This document shows, piece after piece, positions 8,109 through 17,508 of a stretch of 64,000 bases of DNA. A program made the position numbers and the translations under genes. Numbering within the stretch: the stretch's first letter is position 1; each line of letters opens with the position of its first letter. Below the pieces are notes generated by a model, which made no database searches, had not been told where the DNA came from, and saw nothing but the letters and a program-made list of their open reading frames with translations. Source of the stretch: Pseudomonadota bacterium (lineage in GTDB: Bacteria > Myxococcota_A > Polyangia > JAAYKL01); contig JALNZK010000012.1 of NCBI GenBank assembly GCA_023229365.1, positions 3,472 through 67,471 of the forward strand, given 5' to 3'.

Positions 8109-9906
8109 TGAACAGGGCGTGGAGGTCGGCGAGCGCTGCCGAACGGCTCTTCTTCTCGCCGCCGCCGGACTGCCCGGATGACGGGCCCGAGCGCGGGCCG
8201 CCGGTCGTCTCGACCATGGGGGGCAGGGCGTGCTGCCCGCTCTCCCGCCGCGGCGCCTGGGACCGCTCTCCGGGCACCGGCGCGGGCTTGAGGGAGAGCG
8301 CGATGCGGTTCTTCTCCGGGATCACCTCGGGCACGCGTGCCGTGACGCTCTGGCCGATCCGCACGACCTGCGACGGCTCGTCCACGAACTCGGTCGAGAG
8401 CTGCGACACGTGGATCATCGCCTCCGTGGACAGCCCGATGTTGACGAAGGCGCCGAACCGCGTGAGGTTCGTGACGACGCCGTCCACCACCATCCCCGGC
8501 TTCAGATCGCGGACGGTCTTCACGAGCGGGTTGAGGCGCTTGATCGTCCGCACCGCCTGGGATCGGTGTCCTCCTCCGTCGGCCGCCAGCGCCGCGCCGC
8601 CCTTGCGCCGGACGCGCCGCGCCCAGCCCGCGATGAGGCGCGCCTCGGACAGCACGGCGTCGAGCTTCTCGGGATCGAGATCGGTGGAGTACTCGCCGAG
8701 GCCCAGCGCGCCCGGCGCCACCTTCCCGAACTCGCTTGTCGGGCGCTGCGCGCGCCTCCCGAGCACGACGGCCGCTCCGATCGCCTGTGGGAGCTCGACG
8801 TCCAACTCCTCGCGCGCCTCCTTGAGCGCGCCCGTATGCACGCGTGTCACCGGGAGCTCGCCGAGGGCCGCGACCGCCGTGTTCAGGCGATCCGTGTCGC
8901 CCGCGGATATCGGCAGCGCCGCGGCTTCGGGCTTGTGCTCCTCGACGAGCGCCGCGACAGCGGCCGGGAGGTCCTCGCCGCCGGGGATGATCCGGGTGGC
9001 GACGGGGACGCCCGCCTTGTCGATCACCGCGGCGCCGATGGGCGAGCTCACGCTCCCGACGTACAGCGCGAGCAGCGGCTCGACCTTGACCGGCGGCGCG
9101 GTCAGGAGACCGAGGTAGGCGAGGCTCGCGGAGCGCAGCGCCTCCGACTCGGCCCGGTGATCGAGCTGGACGCGGATCGCCCGCTCGAGGTTGCCGAGGA
9201 CGAGCTCCTCGAGGACGCCGTCCGAGCCGCGCTTCTGCGCGCAAAGCCCGAGCGAGGGGAGGCGGGCCTCGGACTGCTCGCGGATCTCGTCGTGCGGCAG
9301 AATCAGCGAGATCCGGAGGATCCCCGCGCGCTCGCCGCGTCGGGCGCCGAGCCATTGGTAGCCGCGGATCTCCGCGATGCCGATCTTCGAGGTGGCGTGC
9401 GACGAGAACTGGTCTGCGTCCGGGTGGTCTGGCGCCGCGACCTCGATCCGGATCCATCCGGCGCGCAGCGACAGCTCGACGCTCGCCCGCCACAGCTCCA
9501 CGTGTCCGTCGAGCGCCTTGCCCCACGCGTCGTGATCCGGGTGGGACGCGCGCTGGCACATCCGCGCGGCCCGCTCGAGCGCGCCCAGCTCCTGCGGCGT
9601 GGTCGCGATCTTCATGGCGCCGTCCGGGAGCTTCAGACCGCTCTGGCCGAGAACGCGTCGCAGCTCGCGGGCGGCCCCTTTCCACGCGGCGAACGCTCGG
9701 TGGGCGTCCGCGAGCTCGCACAGCCGGGCCGCCGGGAACGGGGCCAGGGATGCGTCGTTGCCCTCCAGGAGCGGCGCGATGCCGTCCGCCTGGTCGAGGG
9801 CACGACCGATCCTCTGGAGCGCGTCACGCTCGCAAGAGTCGTAGAGGCTGCGGTTCAACCGCTTTGTCAGCTCGATGAAATCCATGCTATTCGCGTTGTG
9901 TATCAC
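8101..9906 (-). CDS. Tex-like RNA-binding protein with a C-terminal S1 domain
   Basis: Clear S1 domain (GMVVDGVVTNLTRFGAFVNIG...IHVSQLS...RIGQSVTARV). The overall architecture resembles transcription accessory protein Tex. Confidence 0.6.
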   Translation of the reverse strand: MIHNANSMDFIELTKRLNRSLYDSCERDALQRIGRALDQADGIAPLLEGNDASLAPFPAARLCELADAHRAFAAWKGAARELRRVLGQSGLKLPDGAMKIATTPQELGALERAARMCQRASHPDHDAWGKALDGHVELWRASVELSLRAGWIRIEVAAPDHPDADQFSSHATSKIGIAEIRGYQWLGARRGERAGILRISLILPHDEIREQSEARLPSLGLCAQKRGSDGVLEELVLGNLERAIRVQLDHRAESEALRSASLAYLGLLTAPPVKVEPLLALYVGSVSSPIGAAVIDKAGVPVATRIIPGGEDLPAAVAALVEEHKPEAAALPISAGDTDRLNTAVAALGELPVTRVHTGALKEAREELDVELPQAIGAAVVLGRRAQRPTSEFGKVAPGALGLGEYSTDLDPEKLDAVLSEARLIAGWARRVRRKGGAALAADGGGHRSQAVRTIKRLNPLVKTVRDLKPGMVVDGVVTNLTRFGAFVNIGLSTEAMIHVSQLSTEFVDEPSQVVRIGQSVTARVPEVIPEKNRIALSLKPAPVPGERSQAPRRESGQHALPPMVETTGGPRSGPSSGQSGGGEKKSRSAALADLHALFKK

Positions 9907-9960
9907 TATCCCGGGAACGTGGAACGACGCGGCCGGGAGTGTGAATCTTGTTGGCGAACT

Positions 9961-10548
9961 CTATCTGCCGCGGACGCAGCGGGCGCGGCAGTCATAATCG
10001 AAGCGTACCGCCAAATCGTTGGACGCGCCAGAGGTAATGCCGACGATGACGCCGCGCTTGTCGCCGCGCCGCGTCGAGGTCCACATCACGTAGGGCTCTT
10101 CCTTGAGCTTGCCGGACGCGAACGCCGCGACCGCCTCCTCCTCGGTCGGGAGGCGCCAGTCGTCCTTGTCGGCGAGCACCAGCTTCTCGCAGTACGCCTT
10201 GGCCGCGGCGAGGTTGACGTTCTCGCCGTTGTGGTACTGCTGGACCCACATCCCGTCGAGCTCGAAGTACGCCTGCATCTGGTCGGCGAGCGCCTTCTCC
10301 TCGGCCGCGGCGGCGGCCGCGACGCGCGCGGCGGAGGAGGCGGCCTCGGCGGCCCGGGCCTGCTCGATCTGCCGCATGCAGGTCGCGTCGTCCGCGCACC
10401 CGTCGTCCTCGCAATCGAGGAGGCCGTCGTTGTCCTGATCGACGTTGTCCACGCAGTCGTTGGCGCCCTTGCCCTCGGGGCCGGCCATGCAGGAAGAGAG
10501 GGCGAGCGCACCGAACGCAAGGCCGAGCGTCTTTCGCATGTTCTTCAC
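9961..10548 (-). CDS. lipoprotein with a DUF1566 (Lcl C-terminal-like) domain
   Basis: Signal peptide and lipobox (LALSSC). DWRLPT motif typical of DUF1566. Confidence 0.6.
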   Translation of the reverse strand: MKNMRKTLGLAFGALALSSCMAGPEGKGANDCVDNVDQDNDGLLDCEDDGCADDATCMRQIEQARAAEAASSAARVAAAAAAEEKALADQMQAYFELDGMWVQQYHNGENVNLAAAKAYCEKLVLADKDDWRLPTEEEAVAAFASGKLKEEPYVMWTSTRRGDKRGVIVGITSGASNDLAVRFDYDCRARCVRGR

Positions 10549-10598
10549 TCCAGCATCATGGTCGCGCCCGCGCGGAGCGCGGCGGCTCGGGCGATCGG

Positions 10599-10683
10599 CG
10601 GAGAGATAGGGATTCGAACCCTAGGTACCTTGCGGTACACACGATTTCCAGTCGTGCACCTTCGGCCACTCGGTCATCTCTCC
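10599..10683 (-). tRNA. tRNA-Ser (anticodon GGA), no encoded CCA
   Basis: Reverse complement folds as a cloverleaf with a long variable arm: GGAGAGATGACCGAGTGGCCGAAGG...anticodon loop CTGGAAA...GGTTCGAATCCCTATCTCTCCG. Confidence 0.9.
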
Positions 10684-10713
10684 TTTTCCAAAGAGTGCGG
10701 GCTTGACGCCCGG

Positions 10714-10799
10714 CGGAGAGAGTGGGATTCGAACCCACGGAGGTAGTTAGCCTCACACGATTTCGAATCGTGCGCCTTCGGCCACTCGGCCATCTCTCC
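10714..10799 (-). tRNA. tRNA-Ser (anticodon CGA), no encoded CCA
   Basis: Reverse complement GGAGAGATGGCCGAGTGGCCGAAGGCGCACGATTCGAAATCGTG...GGTTCGAATCCCACTCTCTCCG with a long variable arm. Confidence 0.9.
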
Positions 10800-10858
10800 G
10801 CCGCGCAAAATATATGCGGGCAGATGGCGCGTCAAGTGCCGTGGGGGGTGTCTGCGCC

Positions 10859-11809
10859 TCAGAACCCCACGCCAACGCCCATCTGGGCGCTCATGGTGTA
10901 CCGCCCCTCCTCGGGGAACACGTAGTTGTCGTCCTGTTTCGTGGGCTTCATGGGGAGGTACCCGGCGACGAAGATGTCGAAATCGAAGTCGTAGAGCCGG
11001 AACATCCTGACGCCGATGCGCCCGAAGGCGTGGGGTGCGAAGTCGTTGATGGTGTCGATTCCGCCGCCCAACTCCTCCGCCCGCCGCTCGAACCTCAGGT
11101 ACTGCAGGCCGAGGCCGAGGGCGAAGTAGAAGGTCGCGGCCGCGTTCGCGCTCAGCTCGTACCCGATCCCGACGTCGGCGCCGGCCGCTATCTTGAGCAC
11201 GGGCTTGTCCTCCTCGGCCTCCTTCGGCCAGCCCGAGAAGGTGAGCCGCCCGAACACCTGCCAGTGCCTCGCCCCGCGCGTGACGCCGAACGCACCGCCG
11301 GGCACGAACTCGGCGCCCGAGCCCGTGCGGTACGCCGCCTGGAACAGCTCGAACCGCCAGACGTTGACGCCCTGCACGGCCATGGCGTGGCTCGCCCGCT
11401 CGATGGCGGAGAGCTTCGTGATGTCCTCGGCGAGGGAGACCGGGTCGTTGCCGAGGACGAGCGACATCGCCTCGGAGACCCGCGCGGGGAGGGAGTCTCC
11501 CTTGCCGATCGTGAACCGGATCGGGACGTTCTCGTCGAGCCGCATCGTCAGCTGCTGGCTGCCGCCGACCCGGAACAGCTCGACCGTGAGCGCGACCCGG
11601 CAGTCGGCCCCGACGAGCGCGTGGCTCGGGTGGCGCGCGAGCTCGATCTCGACGAGCTTCAAGAGCCCCGGCTGCATTTTCGGATCGTCCGCCTGGACGG
11701 TCAGGCAGGTCGTCACCGCCGCGGCGCGCCCGCCGCATGGCAGGGCGACGATCGCGAGGAGCGCGAGCGCAGCGGCGAGCAGCGGGCCATGTGGTGCGCG
11801 GTTCGGCAC
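10859..11809 (-). CDS. outer-membrane beta-barrel protein (hypothetical), ending in C-terminal Phe
   Basis: GTG start with a GAGGAGAGG RBS, signal peptide, alternating amphipathic strands, and the C-terminal motif VGVGF. Confidence 0.6.
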   Translation of the reverse strand: MPNRAPHGPLLAAALALLAIVALPCGGRAAAVTTCLTVQADDPKMQPGLLKLVEIELARHPSHALVGADCRVALTVELFRVGGSQQLTMRLDENVPIRFTIGKGDSLPARVSEAMSLVLGNDPVSLAEDITKLSAIERASHAMAVQGVNVWRFELFQAAYRTGSGAEFVPGGAFGVTRGARHWQVFGRLTFSGWPKEAEEDKPVLKIAAGADVGIGYELSANAAATFYFALGLGLQYLRFERRAEELGGGIDTINDFAPHAFGRIGVRMFRLYDFDFDIFVAGYLPMKPTKQDDNYVFPEEGRYTMSAQMGVGVGF

Positions 11810-11829
11810 GTCGTCCTCTCCTCGCTCCG

Positions 11830-13164
11830 CTAGAACACCACGCCGAGCTTCAGCGACACGCCCGGGAACCACGTGCGCAGCTTGCCCGAGGTGTCCTCGG
11901 TCTGGGCCACGTAGGCCGGGGCGTTGATCTCGCCCTGGAGGTAGAACTGCACCGCCGACGCGCGCATGAACTCCCAGCCGATCACGCCGTCGATGTCGAG
12001 GCCGCCTGTAACGAGCGTGGAGCGCGTGTCGTCGTGATCGCGGTGATCCACGTCCTTGATCGCCCGGAACCACAGGAGCTCGAAGGTCGCGCCCGCGCCC
12101 AGGTAGAAGGAGCTCAGGCCGCGCGGATCGAAGTAGTGGAGGAAGTGCACGGCCATTCCCGCGTCACCACCGAGGTCGATGTGGCCGCCTTCCGGGTTCT
12201 CGTCGACCGAGGTCGACTGGGTGCCGATGCCGATCTGGGCCATCGCCTCGAGCCCCCAGTTCTCGAAGCGCCCGCGGTACCCGAGCCCGGCCTTGAGGGG
12301 GCTGAACACGCGGATCTTCGACTCCGTGCCGCCCTCGTTCGCGCCGCTCTCGATCGCCGAGTCGATCTGGCCGCCCCGCAGCTGCGTGCCCAGGATGAGC
12401 ACGAAGTGGTTCGACCCCTTGACCCGCTGGACGGACTTCTGCGAGTCGGACCTGAGCACGTTCTCGCGGTTGATGGTGTCACTGATCGGGACGTCGTCGA
12501 GGAGCGCGAGCACGGCGCGCTCCGCGTACTGGCTGAGCTCCGAGGGGAAGAGCTGATCCACCCGCTCCTCGCGGCCGGTGCCGCTGTAGCGCGCGAACAC
12601 GGTCCACCCCTCGCGCAGCGGATACAGCTCGACGACGATCCGCTGCTCGCACTTGTCGTCGACGGCGACGTAGCCGGGCTGGTGCGTGACGAAGTGCTCG
12701 AAGAGCCGCTTCAGGTAGACGACGGAGGTCTGGCCGAAGGGCAGCTTCGTGTCGCTCGTCCACAGCGGGATGGGCCCGCGGCCGGGCTTCGGCGGCCCCT
12801 CGGCCGGCGGGAAGGAAGGCCTAGGCGGCGCGGCCTTGCGCCCGCTCGGCGTGATCGGGAAGCCCTTCCCGGAGGGAGGGCCGGGCAGGAGCGCCGCGTC
12901 CTGTCCGTCGGGAGGCGGCTCGCCCGGGACCAGCGCCGGCGCCTCCGCTTCCGTGGGCGAAGCGGCCTCCGCTTCGGGCGCGGCCTCCTGGGCCACGGGT
13001 TGCTCCTCCCCGGCGGCGTCCTTCGAAGGCGCGGCCTGTCCGGCGCTGTCGTCCAGCCGCTCGACGACCTGTACGCACACCTTGACGTCCGCGGCGGACG
13101 CCGGCGCCGACGCGAGCATCAGTGCGGCGAGCGCGGCACAGCCGATGGCGAGTTCGTGTTTCAT
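11830..13164 (-). CDS. outer-membrane beta-barrel protein (hypothetical), paralogous architecture to the downstream gene
   Basis: Signal peptide MKHELAIGCAALAALMLASAPASA, an acidic/Pro-rich linker, then a beta-barrel ending LKLGVVF. Confidence 0.6.
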   Translation of the reverse strand: MKHELAIGCAALAALMLASAPASAADVKVCVQVVERLDDSAGQAAPSKDAAGEEQPVAQEAAPEAEAASPTEAEAPALVPGEPPPDGQDAALLPGPPSGKGFPITPSGRKAAPPRPSFPPAEGPPKPGRGPIPLWTSDTKLPFGQTSVVYLKRLFEHFVTHQPGYVAVDDKCEQRIVVELYPLREGWTVFARYSGTGREERVDQLFPSELSQYAERAVLALLDDVPISDTINRENVLRSDSQKSVQRVKGSNHFVLILGTQLRGGQIDSAIESGANEGGTESKIRVFSPLKAGLGYRGRFENWGLEAMAQIGIGTQSTSVDENPEGGHIDLGGDAGMAVHFLHYFDPRGLSSFYLGAGATFELLWFRAIKDVDHRDHDDTRSTLVTGGLDIDGVIGWEFMRASAVQFYLQGEINAPAYVAQTEDTSGKLRTWFPGVSLKLGVVF

Positions 13165-13303
13165 GGTGTCCTCCTTGTTTGCAGGAGGCGTTTGCAAGCT
13201 CCGTGCCGTTCGCCGAGAAGTGCGAGGAGTCAGGAACGGCGCGGTTTCGGGGCATGTCGGGCGTTCGGGAAACTGTGAACTGTGGTCACACCGTGACTCT
13301 CGG

Positions 13304-14500
13304 TCACGGTTCGATCCCGAGCCGCGCCGCGATCCAGTCGAGGATCTCTTCCGCGAGCTCGATCTTGGAGAGGCGGCCCGTGCTGCGCTCGAACCCGGCG
13401 TCGTCGACGAGGACCGCGGTGTTGTCCTTGCCGCCGAGCGCGTCCGCGGCGAGGTTGCCGACGATCAGGTGGCAGCGCTTCGCCATAAGCTTGGTCCGCG
13501 ACGCGTCGACGAGCGCCTCGGTCTCGAGCGCGAAGCCGACCAGGACGGGCCGCGCCGACCCTTTGAAGCGCGCGCCGAGCCCCGCGAGGATGTCCGGGTT
13601 TAGCACGAGCTCGATCGTCGGCGCCGTATCCAAGGACTTCTTGATCTTCCTCTCACTCGGGCGGGCCGGGCGGAAGTCCGCCACGGCGGCGGCCATCACG
13701 ATCGCGTCGGCGCCCGCCGCGGCGTCGTTCATCGCGCGCTCCATCTCGAGCGCCGTGCACACACGGATCACGGTCGCGCCGCGCGGCGGCTCGAGCTCCG
13801 TCGGGCCTGTCACGAGCGTCACGGTTGCGCCGCGCCGTCCCGCGGCGGAGGCGATCGCGTAGCCCATCCGGCCAGAGGATCGGTTCGAGATGAACCGCAC
13901 CGGGTCGAGCGCCTCCTCGGTCGGGCCGGCCGCGACGACGACGCGCTTGCCGTCGAGATCCCGGCGCAGCGCCGCTGCGACGGCCCCGAGGATCTCCTCC
14001 GGCTCCGCCATCCGGCCCGCGCCCACCGTTCCGCACGCGAGCTCGCCGTGCCCGGGCTGCACGATCCGCCAGCCGTGCTCGCCCACGAGGATCGCGACGT
14101 TGCGCCGCGTCGCCGGGTTCGCCCACATGTTCGAGTTCATCGCCGGCGCGGCGATCACGGGACCCGTGAACGCGAGCGTCACGGCGGAGATGAGGTCGCT
14201 CGCGCGGCCGCAAGCGCATCGCGCCAGATAGTCGGCCGTGGCCGGGGCCACCACGAGCAGCTCCGCGTCGTTCGGCAGATCGATGTGCTCGAGCGCACCC
14301 GCGGTCCGGCCGAACATCTTCACCGGCACCGGCTTGCCCGAGAGCGTCTCCATGGTGAGCGGCGTGATGAACTCGCACGCGGCCTCGCTCATGACGACGC
14401 GCACGTCGGCGCCGGCCTTGACCATGCGCCGACAGAGATCGGCGGCCTTGTAGGCCGCGATGCCGCCGGTCACTCCGAGGAGAATCTTGCGACCCTGCAT
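13304..14500 (-). CDS. coaBC: bifunctional phosphopantothenoylcysteine decarboxylase / phosphopantothenate-cysteine ligase
   Basis: N-terminal flavoprotein motifs (ILLGVTGGIAAYKA) and the C-terminal CoaB ligase domain. Confidence 0.9.
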   Translation of the reverse strand: MQGRKILLGVTGGIAAYKAADLCRRMVKAGADVRVVMSEAACEFITPLTMETLSGKPVPVKMFGRTAGALEHIDLPNDAELLVVAPATADYLARCACGRASDLISAVTLAFTGPVIAAPAMNSNMWANPATRRNVAILVGEHGWRIVQPGHGELACGTVGAGRMAEPEEILGAVAAALRRDLDGKRVVVAAGPTEEALDPVRFISNRSSGRMGYAIASAAGRRGATVTLVTGPTELEPPRGATVIRVCTALEMERAMNDAAAGADAIVMAAAVADFRPARPSERKIKKSLDTAPTIELVLNPDILAGLGARFKGSARPVLVGFALETEALVDASRTKLMAKRCHLIVGNLAADALGGKDNTAVLVDDAGFERSTGRLSKIELAEEILDWIAARLGIEP

Positions 14501-14724
14501 GAGTTGGGCTCCTGTGGGGCGACCTGCGACGCGGGCAGCCTCCCTCCAGGCTTTCGGGAGGCAACCCGCTGCGCGGTCGCCCTTTTTGCGGGCTCGGATG
14601 CTATATCATTTCGCGCCTTTTTGTGTGACCGCCGAAACATCTGTAGTTTTTTTGCTTACATCTCCCCACCATGGTATACATTGGGCATACAGCGCGGAGA
14701 GGCGGTCCGCGATAGGAGGGTGCG

Positions 14725-16011
14725 ATGAGCAACGGTGACGAGACGAAGAGCGCGAAGGACGGCAGGGACTTGATACGGCTCCGGGTCGACGGATCGACCG
14801 CCGCCGTGAACACGCTGCGGGATCAGCACACCGCGCGCGGCATGTCCTTGGTCTGCCCCTTCCCGGCGCTCGAGGTCGAAATCCCGGTCCGCTTCGGGAA
14901 GGCCGACGAGGCGATGACGGTGGGCACGATCCACCGAATCGGTGTCGAGGACGATCCGGAGGGCGGGCTGCCGCGCCTGCGCCTGTCGGTCCGGGTTCGC
15001 GAGACGCGCTCCACGGTCGTCGCCTCGCCGTCGAGATCGCTGCTCGACGAGGCGAGCCGGACCACCCATGCTCCTGACGCCAACGCGCAGACCGACCTCG
15101 ACATCCTGTCCGGAACGGAGTTCGAGGATATTCGTCTCGACGATATCGTAGGAGAGGAGAGCCTCGAGCTCGGCGAGGTGCGCGCCGAGGCGGGCGAGGA
15201 ACTCACCGTTCCCTCGCCGCCGCCGCTCCCGGCGGCCGCCGAGCCGGCGTGGGTCGGGTGCGGCGAGATCGCGTTGCCGGCGCACCTCGGCGAAAGGGAG
15301 CGGACGCGGCGCCGGCGTCGCCTCGGGACGTTCGCCGCGTGGGCGTTCATCTTCGGGATCGCGGCCGGCGGGGTCTACGTGCTCGGAAGGGCCGAGGTCG
15401 TGGACTTCGGATCCCTCCGCGATGCGATCGCGGGTTTCGATCTCTCCTCCGCGCCCGACAGCGCGCGGCTCGAACCGATCGCCTTCATCGACACGGCCGC
15501 GACCCGCGCCGTCTCGGCTGTGGCGAGCGAGTCCGCGGGGGCCGCCACCGGCTGGGAGACCCACGCCGATGCGGAGGTCGATCTGGAAACGGAGACGCCC
15601 GCACCACTGCCCGCGACCGAATCCGCGGTCGCGGAGGCGGAGCCAGTGGAAGCCGCGTCCGACGCGGCTGAAGCGCTCACCGAGGAAGAGGACACGATCA
15701 CGTTGCCGACCCGCTGGCCGGCCGAGTACGCGAGCGCCTACCGCCTGCGGAACCCGAACGGTGTGGTCGTCGACGTCCCAGGCGCTCTCGTGGCGCGCGA
15801 GGGGTACATCGAGGTCGGCGACGAGCACCCGATGGTGCGCTCGGTCAAGGCGATGCAGCGCGAGACCGGCGCGCGATTCGTCGTGTACGTCAACGGCGAG
15901 CTGCCGCGATTCATGACGGCGCCGAAGACGAACGGAATCGCGCTCAAGCTGATCCGCGACGCAGTGGCCGCCGCGGGCCCCGCCGAAGCGGTCGCCGCTC
16001 TCGATAAGTGA
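14725..16011 (+). CDS. hypothetical protein with one TM segment and an acidic low-complexity region
   Basis: GGAGGG RBS at 14716. It overlaps the downstream gene by TGA/GTG. Confidence 0.5.
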   Translation: MSNGDETKSAKDGRDLIRLRVDGSTAAVNTLRDQHTARGMSLVCPFPALEVEIPVRFGKADEAMTVGTIHRIGVEDDPEGGLPRLRLSVRVRETRSTVVASPSRSLLDEASRTTHAPDANAQTDLDILSGTEFEDIRLDDIVGEESLELGEVRAEAGEELTVPSPPPLPAAAEPAWVGCGEIALPAHLGERERTRRRRRLGTFAAWAFIFGIAAGGVYVLGRAEVVDFGSLRDAIAGFDLSSAPDSARLEPIAFIDTAATRAVSAVASESAGAATGWETHADAEVDLETETPAPLPATESAVAEAEPVEAASDAAEALTEEEDTITLPTRWPAEYASAYRLRNPNGVVVDVPGALVAREGYIEVGDEHPMVRSVKAMQRETGARFVVYVNGELPRFMTAPKTNGIALKLIRDAVAAAGPAEAVAALDK

Positions 16012-17498
16012 GCGCGGCCACCGATAGCCCGCTCTGGCCCCGCTTCCTGCCGCTCCTCGGCGCACGCGCAATCGTCGGTGTCTTCCTCGTGCTCGGGCTC
16101 GCCCCGATCTGCGTCGACGACTACTTCCGGGTGTTCCACGCCGACTGGTGGTGGGATCACCCGAGCTTCACGAGCTCCCACGAGTGGCTGCCGGGCTACC
16201 TCTACGTGTACGGACCCGTCGTCGGCTTCACACACGATCTCGTCGTCGCGCCCCGCGTCCTGACCACCGCGCTGCAGCTGGTCGCCGGCGCGCTCATCGC
16301 GCTCCTCCCGAATGCGGCGCGGGGCACCAGGCTCCTCGCGGCCGGCATCTTCCTGTTCTCTCCGCTCTCTCTCGCCCTCGGCACGGCGCCGCTCTCCGAG
16401 ACGCTCCTCTTCTGCCTGCTCGTCGCGGGGGTCGGGGCGCTCGCGCGGTACCTCGCGTCCGGCGACGTCCGCATCGGTCTGGTCGCCGCCGTGCTCTACC
16501 TCGCCGCGACGGCCGTGCGGTACGAAGGATTCGTCTTCGCCGCCGTGTTCTTCGCCCTCGTCGTCGCAAGACGGCCGGCGAACGCTGGGCGCTGGCTCGG
16601 GGTCGCCGTGGCGGCGGTTCCGTGGATCTTCCCGATCGCGTGGACGGCGCTTCTGTGGGCTTCCGTGGGAGCGCCGTTTTCGTACCTCGGCAGCGTCCGC
16701 GACGATCACTTCGGCCCGGGCGACGTCCTCGGATCGCTCGCCTCGGCGGAGGGGGCCGTGACCGCGCTCCTCGCCCTCGCCGCCCTCGCCGTCTCCGCGG
16801 TGCGGGTCGCGGCGTCAGCCGTTCGCGGGGAGCTCGGGGGGCGGGTCCTCGAGCTTCACACCGTGGTCGCCATGGCCTTGGCCGGCGCCGTGATCCTCAC
16901 CGGCAACGTTCCCTCCCAGTACCCGCTCCGCCTCCTCTTCCCGGTGATCGCGTTCGGCGCGCTGCCGCTCGCGGAAGCGGCCCTCGCCCGCTTCGCCGCG
17001 CACCCCCGCGCCGCGGTGCTCGCCGTCGCCGGAGCGGCCCTCTCGTTCGCAGGCGCCGGGCTCGCCGTCGTTTCGCGGGCACCGGGTGTTCCCGCCGAGG
17101 ACCTCGAGGTCGCGGCCGCGATTCGGGAAGGCTATTCGAGCGGGACCCTGCGCGACGAGGAGCACGTGGTCATCCAGCGAGACCTCCCGTCTGCGGCGGC
17201 CGTCTTCGTGTTCGCGAACATCGACGATCGCGTCCACGTCGACGCGCTGGGCGTGAGGTGCCCGGCGAGGCTCCTCACGGCTAGCCCGGCCCTGTGCCCG
17301 GATCCCGCCTGGGCGAGGCGGGCGCGGGTGGCCGTCGTCCGCGCGGGCGGCTTCGAGGAGCTCTACGTCGCGAGGCTCGGTTGGACACTCGGCGGAGTGG
17401 CTGGGACATGGCGTCTTTACGTGTGGCGCGAGGGTGCACCGGGCCTTGCCAAGGGCGCCGTTTTCAGGATTCGTGACCGGCGCGCACCGCCTTGGTAG
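16008..17498 (+). CDS. polytopic membrane protein, possibly an ArnT/PMT-like (GT39/GT83-type) glycosyltransferase
   Basis: About 10 TM helices. An N-terminal loop with a DDYFRV...DWWWDHP motif resembles lipid-linked sugar transferases. Confidence 0.5.
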   Translation: MSAATDSPLWPRFLPLLGARAIVGVFLVLGLAPICVDDYFRVFHADWWWDHPSFTSSHEWLPGYLYVYGPVVGFTHDLVVAPRVLTTALQLVAGALIALLPNAARGTRLLAAGIFLFSPLSLALGTAPLSETLLFCLLVAGVGALARYLASGDVRIGLVAAVLYLAATAVRYEGFVFAAVFFALVVARRPANAGRWLGVAVAAVPWIFPIAWTALLWASVGAPFSYLGSVRDDHFGPGDVLGSLASAEGAVTALLALAALAVSAVRVAASAVRGELGGRVLELHTVVAMALAGAVILTGNVPSQYPLRLLFPVIAFGALPLAEAALARFAAHPRAAVLAVAGAALSFAGAGLAVVSRAPGVPAEDLEVAAAIREGYSSGTLRDEEHVVIQRDLPSAAAVFVFANIDDRVHVDALGVRCPARLLTASPALCPDPAWARRARVAVVRAGGFEELYVARLGWTLGGVAGTWRLYVWREGAPGLAKGAVFRIRDRRAPPW

Positions 17499-17508
17499 AC
17501 TCGTCGCA

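Noticed and set aside
6147-9118. ORFs 6147-8018 (-), 6842-9118 (+) and 7895-9721 (-), each 600 to 760 aa
   Set aside because: They overlap the cytidylyltransferase-transaminase fusion and the S1-domain gene in other frames or on the antisense strand. Their translations are Arg/Gly/Asp-rich with no domain signatures.
8230-10746. 838-aa plus-strand ORF
   Set aside because: It is antisense to the S1-domain gene and the DUF1566 lipoprotein gene and runs through the tRNA genes. The composition is low-complexity.
10556-10925. Small ORFs 10556-10756 (-) and 10722-10925 (+)
   Set aside because: They coincide with the two tRNA-Ser genes.
16008-17498. Possible ArnT/PMT-type glycosyltransferase assignment
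   Set aside because: It is retained only as a tentative call. I could not verify the catalytic DE/DD motif placement. The gene is reported as a polytopic membrane protein with low confidence in the specific function.
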